64,000 nt of DNA from Lingula anatina (lineage: Eukaryota > Animalia > Brachiopoda): NCBI GenBank assembly GCA_051362555.1, contig CM120642.1, forward strand, positions 9,920,001 through 9,984,000, given 5' to 3'. This document shows positions 56,201 to 64,000 of the stretch, one piece after another. A model generated the notes under the pieces. The model was given only the letters and a program-made list of their open reading frames with translations. It had not been told where the DNA came from and made no database searches. Every line of letters begins with the position of its first letter. The first letter of the stretch is position 1. The position numbers were made by a program, and so were the translations under genes.

Positions 56201-59200
56201 ATTCTATTTATGTAATACAACACTTGATTGAAGACACTGCAAACTTCAATTAGATGTGGGAATTAGCAATGTATAATCTATCCTTAGACATGTGCTTGTC
56301 TGATTGGACAAGTTGCAAAATTGCTCTTATATTTGTAATTTTTTTTTTTGGTCGTTTTAGAACTTGAAAACCAGACTGAATAGATTCTTGCACTTTTTTT
56401 ATAGATTGTAATTTTGATAAATGAACATTTTAATAAATTAATTAAAAGTTATCTGACTTTCAGAATATTGTATTACCCTGCAAAAGTAGATCACTTACGT
56501 AATATATTTTTTCTTTTATCCTCATGCAATTGTATGATAGTATTATTTATTAATCTTATAACAAGTATTTAATGGTAAATAGTATATTTAGTAATTGATA
56601 TGGAATATAAAATGCCAGAGCAATTCTTGATTGTTATAAGAACTGTGATATTGCTTTGACAATGCAATATGTATAATTGCTAAAGTGATGCAATAAATAC
56701 CATTTTGTAAAGTTAACAATGTGTTAAATAATATTGCTATTAATACTATTACTTGGACATTGGTGCTTTATCTATATATATAATAGCATGTGAATTTACA
56801 ACTATGTACATGTATATAGAATGAAATAAGCTTGCGAAATCCGGTGTTGAATAACATTATTTCCTTTGTATGGGTTGCATATTATTTTATTGGTTCAACA
56901 GTGACTTTCATTACACTTGGTTATTTTAACCTGGTTTTGATTTTGATGTATGTACTAATTTGAATGATTTCCAATAAATGGTAAATATTATTGAAACCTG
57001 TTGACAATTGCGTGTTGTTATGTCCCGTTATGGGGGCACATGTCTTGGGGCTAGGAACCTTGTCCCTGACTGTGTAGAGGCCCAGAGAACAACCTTAGCA
57101 GAGCCATGACGTAAAAATTTCAGAAAAACAAATGTTATAACAGTTACTTTATTGTGTCTTTTGAAATAGACCCGTTTTATTGCCAAGGAGGTACACTGAG
57201 AACAAATTTGATCAAGACTTACAGTTTCAAAGTGTATGGAAGCTGCATGTTTGAATTAGTTGAAATGGGAGAAGAAAAAACAGGTAATCATGGATGCATG
57301 CTCCTATTGATTGCTTGAACTCCATTTGACTTGGATGTTTATGTTTGTAATTGAATAATTAAAAACTCATTAGTGTATTTGCCAAGTTATGAAACAAAAC
57401 TGGGCATGCAAGCAGAATAGTAAAGAAGTAAAAGATGTAATGTGTACAATATAAATAAAGTTCAAAAAGAAAAAAATTAAAGGAAAAGAAGCTACACGTA
57501 TTAATGAAGACGGGTTATCGTGTGTGTTTTGACAGCACACCTAGCTGCACACTCCAACACACGTGCCTTGCTGAATACTAAACTTAATTAATCTGATTAA
57601 TTGATCCATGTAAAAGAGGGATCAATGATCTCAGTCCTGTGAAGATTGACTATTCTCTGGAGGCTTTTTCACAAATTGACTGAAGTTTTTATGCTTAGAC
57701 TGATGAATGTTGGATAGCTGCCATCCTTCTCGTTTATCATGACATTTTTTTTGTTCAATTTTTAATTTTTTTATATTGTATTATTGTGAATGTTGTTGTG
57801 TACTCCATAACTGAACAGAAACAAATTTAACATAACCCACGCCATGCAGTGATTAAAAAAATTTTTCTTCAGCTCAATATCCATTCATGTAAATTATTAG
57901 AAGTGTAAATAAAGGCAAGTAATTTGAAGATATAATGGTATTATCAAGAATAATTATAGAATTGAAACTAGGGCCTAAAATTGCCAAAAAGCAAAAAAGG
58001 AAGAATTACAGTGAAAACGTGTGACGTGTGTCAAAATATATTAATTAATTAAATTTAAACAAAAATAATAATAAACAGAAAAAAAGAAATTGATGTTGCC
58101 ATGTGTATTCTGATGGAAGGCAATGCCTAAGGATTTTTCATAAGCTGATAAAATTTTACAATTATAATAGGAACTTTTTGCATCAGACACTCATGTCACA
58201 GTTGGATTGGATAAAGCTTTCTAATGTGATAGGGATAAAGCAGGCCACTTTTTGCTCTAATGGTATAATTTAAACAAGGATACATCACAATTGTATCTAT
58301 AAAATGAAAAAAAAAACTACTTTACCCATGTTTTACATATGGCTGAGACTATTCAATTTTTGTTTTAGATGGTTTGAAAAATCAGGTGTCATTATTATCT
58401 CAGTTCAGAGGGTTTCAGTGGGCACATTATTCTCTCATTACTGTGTTTATCTATACATACAAACTGATAATCTTCCCAACCAAAATAAATATTGATTCCA
58501 CCATCTGTTGAGATTATTTACATTCAAAGATGAGAATCTTGACTTGACAAAATCTCTTGTTATCATGAACAGTAGACTAAATTTAGAAAGTAGATGGCCT
58601 AAAGAAATAATTTGATTACTTATCAGAATTTCTAATATAACATTGATGATGTCTTCATTGACATTTTCTCAAAATGACGTAAAAGTACTTTTGTTGTTTT
58701 TGCCAACTTCTGTAGGCTTGATTTAGAAAAGGGAGAATGCACACAATGTTTTTAATCAATCTTTGCAACATCACGAATGCACAAAGCATGTCTTTGCTGG
58801 AGTCATGCACAGGACTATAAGTTTTCACTACCTTTTCCGTTACAAATTTCCGTTCCTGAATACTCTGCTAATTGCCATATTGTAATAGGTTTTGACAAGG
58901 CCATGATTTAAGTCTGTCAATCTCTATGGTTGTATTGAGGAAGTGAAACAGGAAATTGTGATTGTGATTGCTGTTTAAGTATCTCAACTGGCGCAATGGA
59001 AAAAGACCATGCACATTTTTCATCATAAACTCATTTACGGTTGTTGGTACTTAGCTATTTCTTTGTTTAAAAATATAGTTTAGATATATAAAACAGCTAT
59101 AACAGCATTTTTGAAAAATAAATTTTATTTTTTAGCAGTATGATGTTTTTAAACATTTACCTTTTTTTCATATTGGCTTATACTGCATATATATTGATAT

Positions 59201-59917
59201 TGATTTACTCTAAGTGCAAATAGGTTATGATATTGTATGCACCTTACGTCCATTGCCATGCATTATTGAATTTTACATGAGAAACATTGTGACTTAGAAG
59301 TACAGTTCCAATGTGACCTTTAATTTGAGGCAACATTCACTTGTTTTAGTTGTTTGTTATGAAGACTAGCCTGGGAAAACTGCTGATGAACAAACAGTTC
59401 TTTTGTCTGGAGATAATCTGATATATGTTTAAACTGGGGACTTTGTCTTTTTTCAGATGTTTGCTAATATTTAATTAATGGACTACTAGAATATCAATTT
59501 TACAGAGTACATTTTCCTGTAATTCAGTTAAGTCTCCTTAAATATATCATAATGGTTTTTAAAACAGGTGTCCCAAGCATCACTATATTGACACATCTCC
59601 ATTTTTTCTACCTTTTTAAAGCACATATTTCATCCTAAACAGTTTATCAGTCCTAGGTTTTAACTTGTTGTTTTCATGCCACAGCAAGTTTGCTCCTAAA
59701 TACATGTGCTGAAGTCTTAAAAAAGGCTTGCAGCACACTACAACCTGGGGAGTGACATCATTGTATGACAAAAAGATGATATAAAAGTCAGGATCAGCTG
59801 GCAAATAATGGGCTTAGTACAAAAATGTGAAGAGCTGATCATTTCTGTAGTTTGTAAACTAAACACTGAAAATCATGTTTATCAGAGCTACATTTTAGCC
59901 ACTTTTTTTGTACCACA

Positions 59918-59943
59918 ATATTATTATTATTATTATAAAAATG

Positions 59944-60023
<80 letters not shown>
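59918..60023. repeat. Compound (ATT)n(TA)n(GA)n microsatellite
   Basis: Directly visible. Confidence 0.9.
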
Positions 60024-60026
<3 letters not shown>

Positions 60027-61491
60027 TTTCATTTTAGAGTGAAAAATATGAATGTTTCTGACTGGAATGTTTTTATGTTTACACAAAGAGGATGTTACCT
60101 GAAATTTGAAAAAAAAAAAAAAACTTAATTGATTTTTAAAATTTCATTTAGTGTCAGTTTTATCATTAAACAAACTTTTTATGAAAGTTGATTAGTTTAA
60201 TCTTAAACATTATGACAGATGATACACTCAAATATCACAATTAAAGACTCAAAATGAGGCTACTATGAAAATTGTTTACAAAAAAAACTTAAGATATTGT
60301 CCCAAGATTTTGAATATTGTTAGACTTGTTAGACAAATGGCTTTTACATGAAAAGAAGGTGTATGTTCCAGCTGATGATTTGTTTTTCACCATTACAAAA
60401 AACAGTGCTGTGTATGACTTTTTTTCTCTTGCAGAAATGCCTGTAAGGTATTCACAAATGCTGTTCTTGACTGGTGAAGTTCTTACTTCTTAGATTTATC
60501 AACTTTTAACAGAAGCTATCCTGTTATTTTGGATGTAAAAAACATTTTAAAAAGATGAAATAAATAAAACAGTGGTGACCATGAATTTTGATCTTTAATT
60601 GTACACAGTATCTTTGTACTTTCAACTGTTACAGTATAGAAGTAAAAAATTATTCCATCATGAACATATGATTACAAATACAAGTAATAAATATTGTTAA
60701 AGTACAAGAAAATAATTGGGGATACCTACTGTTGGAGTAAAAACAGGTAATCGTGGATACTTAATGGTTAATATTAGGCTGGAAACGTACATCTCATTAT
60801 CCTTAATAAGTACAGTAGTCAAACATTTGAGACTTGATGTCATCTTAAGAATAGGTTAGTATACTGTATTAGAAATTTGATTTTGAGAGAATATTGAAAA
60901 TATACTCAGAATTCCTTTAAGCTTAATATTGTTAACTAGTAACATAGTTTGCTTTTAATTTTAAAAAGTGCCAACTAGTCATAAAAACTGGTCCATATCT
61001 ATGAAAAATTAGATGACTTCTCTATATTGAAGCACCATCTTTAGAATGTTAGCACCCCATACAGTTTGCTCTAGGTGACAGAAGAATGAATTTTTTGGCT
61101 CTCAGTTATCAATTTACCATCTTTTTTTCCTTTTAAAATAATTTTCTAATAAAATTTTTTGTCCTTGAATATGACTTTTCTGTGGCATTCTTTTTAAGAA
61201 TTAAGAAACTTTAAGTTTTCCTCTTATCATAATTAATTGATAACTCAGTTGTGCTTCTGTCAGCTAAGCAAACTATGAATGTGGAAAAGTGTACACAGTC
61301 CACTTTACAGTGAGCTGAAAGTTAATGCATTACCTCCTGTAGAGATATTTGTCGTGTCATTGTTTGAATTCAGCCTGTTGTTTAAATCTATGCTCTTTTA
61401 TAGTTCTTATTTTGTATCATTCTTCACTGCAGTTGACAGTCCTACAGCAGAATAATAGCCGTCTTATTCCTGATAAATGCCAATTAATCCG

Positions 61492-63204
61492 TTAGCTTTT
61501 TATCTTCTGAAGCTGTTTCTGAAGCTCATGAAATTTGATTTTATTTTCATTTTCCTCAACTGTATCCTGAGTGTTTTCCTCTTCCTCCTCCTTCTCCTTT
61601 GGCAGGTACTCTTTTGCCTTCTCAAGCCAGGTCTCAGTCATGAAGATATTCTTTTGTGCGAGCGAGCACTCTGCCAGCGCCGTTATTGTCTGGAAGTTTG
61701 CGTCTGACTTGTGAGCTGTGTGAAAATGTTGCATAGATTCTTCCAAATTTCCCAATTCCATTTTCAGGTAGCCTAAGATCAACATGTAGAAAGTCTCTGT
61801 TGGGTTTTTTTGTTGTAATTGAGAGAAGGTCTCTGTTATGGCGTGCCTGATTCTGTACCTTGCCGTATGGCCGATTTTTAGAGTATGAAGGGATTTATGC
61901 ATGTGACGTAAACAGCCTTTCATATCTTGAGCGATGGCCAAACTTTTACTCCATATCAAGTGAGCTATAGAGATGTCCTCGAGATCCTTTTTGTCAATAA
62001 GATCCACAGCTTTCTGAAAATGCCAGTTTCCTTGATCGATGTCACTGTGAATAATTTCAATGTAAAACTGGCCAAGAACACTGTGCGCTGCTGGCTCTGA
62101 AGGTTTTAGCTGAGTAGCAGTGGTAAGATTTCTAATCACTTGTTTGATGGTATTTTCTTCGTTTGGGATTTGTTTAAGCACCATGCCTTCACGCATCACA
62201 GTCCCATAGCGAACAAGCAAACTGTAGTTATTGGGAAATTTGGAAAGGGCTTCCTTTACCAATTCCACAGCTTGCTGATATTTTTGCACCTTTCTGCTGT
62301 AGTTAATCATTGTGTTATACACATATATGTTACTATTGCTACTGGTGGCCTTCAGTTTAGACTGAGCTTGTTGAAGGGAATAGTCTGGATCAAGCCAGGG
62401 GACAGTGTCTTTTCGTTGTTGGATCCATTCTTTCCCGGCTGGTTTGGACATGGCAACACACAATGTGTGAATTATTCGTGCATAACTTTCAGCATCATTT
62501 GGGGCAAGATACACAAGCTCATAAAGATGTTCTAAAATGGTATTAAGGGTTTGCTTAAGATCAGATTCACTTATGTGTTGATGCTGTTGGAGTCTTTCTT
62601 CTATGTGCCGTAATTCCATAAGAATCATCTCGGATACTATTTCTTTGTGACCATCAGAATCCCGGTAAAGCTGAGAAAAACATATCCGTGCATTAAGAGA
62701 GTACTGACTTCCTAAACGGGCATAACGAAATGCCTCTTCAAATTTTGCCTGTCGAACAGCTGATGGGTTTTCTTTCAGCATTTCCAGCTTAGATAAAATT
62801 TCCTGTATTCTTTCTTCATTTTGTTCTTTCACGGCTAACTTACCAAGGCATGCCCATGCAGTTATATTGTTGGGATCAAGTTTGAGAATTGTTTGAAAAA
62901 TTTCCTTGGCGGCCTTAGCATTTCCATGCACCTTATATTGTAAATATCCACTACAGTTCCCTAAGGCAAAGTCTGTCTTACTGTTTCCTATTTCATTCAG
63001 TGTATCCAGTTTTCTAATGGCGTGGGGTAGTCCAGCCTCTTCGGTGCTTGTGTCAAAAGGATTGGGGTAATGGCGTAGTTTTTCATCATATTTGGCGAGA
63101 TTGATGATTTTCTGGAAAGCTGTTAGCTCTTTCTCCTGAGCACCATCTTGTTTGTTGGGTAGAGGGAGCACATTTTTATGTTTGGAGAGTTTGTTCCGCC
63201 ACAT
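61492..63204 (-). CDS. Intronless TPR-repeat protein, TTC22/IFIT-like (paralog 2, 570 aa)
   Basis: 1.7-kb ORF colinear with paralog 1 (YDEKLRHYPNPF / YHEKLKPFPNPF; GNSKTD / GNSRTD; ACLGKLA; QAKFEEAF..ARLG; H.VLGQFYIE; HFQ.A; WLEKA). Confidence 0.8.
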   Translation of the reverse strand: MWRNKLSKHKNVLPLPNKQDGAQEKELTAFQKIINLAKYDEKLRHYPNPFDTSTEEAGLPHAIRKLDTLNEIGNSKTDFALGNCSGYLQYKVHGNAKAAKEIFQTILKLDPNNITAWACLGKLAVKEQNEERIQEILSKLEMLKENPSAVRQAKFEEAFRYARLGSQYSLNARICFSQLYRDSDGHKEIVSEMILMELRHIEERLQQHQHISESDLKQTLNTILEHLYELVYLAPNDAESYARIIHTLCVAMSKPAGKEWIQQRKDTVPWLDPDYSLQQAQSKLKATSSNSNIYVYNTMINYSRKVQKYQQAVELVKEALSKFPNNYSLLVRYGTVMREGMVLKQIPNEENTIKQVIRNLTTATQLKPSEPAAHSVLGQFYIEIIHSDIDQGNWHFQKAVDLIDKKDLEDISIAHLIWSKSLAIAQDMKGCLRHMHKSLHTLKIGHTARYRIRHAITETFSQLQQKNPTETFYMLILGYLKMELGNLEESMQHFHTAHKSDANFQTITALAECSLAQKNIFMTETWLEKAKEYLPKEKEEEEENTQDTVEENENKIKFHELQKQLQKIKS

Positions 63205-64000
63205 TCTTCTGACATATCCGACAGTGTCTTTAATTCATGGTTGATCAGGAGCGTCACAAGTCAGGTAAACGCCATGGTCCATCCTGTAGCAAATGTGTGG
63301 ACAACGTAGATTGCTCTTTTTCGTGAAAAAAAAGAACATAAATCTTATTGAATCGTCATAATTGGTTGTCCAAGACTTTGTCTTGACCTCCATATCAAAG
63401 AAAATAGTACAATCATTTAGCTCTGTTGCTATTTTTCTAACTGCACAATATTTATTGATGCAATTGATTACAAATTCTTCACAGGTCTTTTCATATGTTA
63501 TGTAAAGGTATTGGAGAAAAAAAAACTGTCTTGGCCTACTGGGCATGTACAGCCAAATGCACATTAGAACTGCCAGCAAATTGCTTTCTAAAGGCAACAT
63601 TTACTTGTAGAAAAAAAATTGTAAACTCCTGCAAATTTTTTGCAATTCCTGCTCATGTTTATTTCTTTAGAGCTGGACCCTGGGACCTTAGATATCAATA
63701 CATTGAACCTCAGGTTGCCAACACAGACAGACACCTTTGTTCATGTTTGTAGACTTTGGATAACCTTTCTCTCATACTGTATGGTAGTTATTTTCAATTT
63801 TGACCCTATCAATATCCCAATATTCTCTGTTTTGGCCTTGTCAATATTCCAATATCTGCTTTACAACATAGGGTTAATTTATCGTAAAATTAGCTTTGAG
63901 ATTAATTGTAGCGAGCACGACAGAATTGATTGATAAGAGATAAGCAGTGTCTTGTTAGAAGGATAAACTTCTATATAGCTGTCTGAATATTGTTAATGGC

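Noticed and set aside
60435-60447. Candidate micro-exon CAG|AAATGCCTGTAAG|GTATTC as the next RECQL5 exon
   Set aside because: Contains an in-frame TAA in the required phase 0 and does not resemble the RecQ Zn-binding region.

Overview
AT-rich, intron-rich animal genomic DNA, most consistent with a lophotrochozoan/mollusc (inference from gene content and repeat types). Left to right: (1) the 5' part of a minus-strand secreted proteinase-K-type subtilisin (S8A) gene split into 11 small exons that the ORF track mostly misses, with a decayed Tc1/mariner transposase in one intron; (2) a complete 4-exon Phox2 homeobox gene; (3) a 2-exon gene for a secreted prepro-peptide with two tandem 7-Cys modules of near-identical spacing (CS-alpha/beta defensin-like); (4) a MARCH2/3-type RING-CH E3 ligase head-to-head with (5) RECQL5, of which 7 coding exons are visible. 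Beyond RECQL5 exon 7, in what appears to be a >23 kb intron, lie a 4.8-kb palindrome made of two head-to-head non-autonomous Helentron (HINE/DINE-1-like) elements carrying a 146-bp satellite rich in AGGTCA motifs, and two convergent, intronless, paralogous TTC22/IFIT-like TPR genes. Gene models were assembled by hand from splice signals and reading-frame continuity; no database searches were run.
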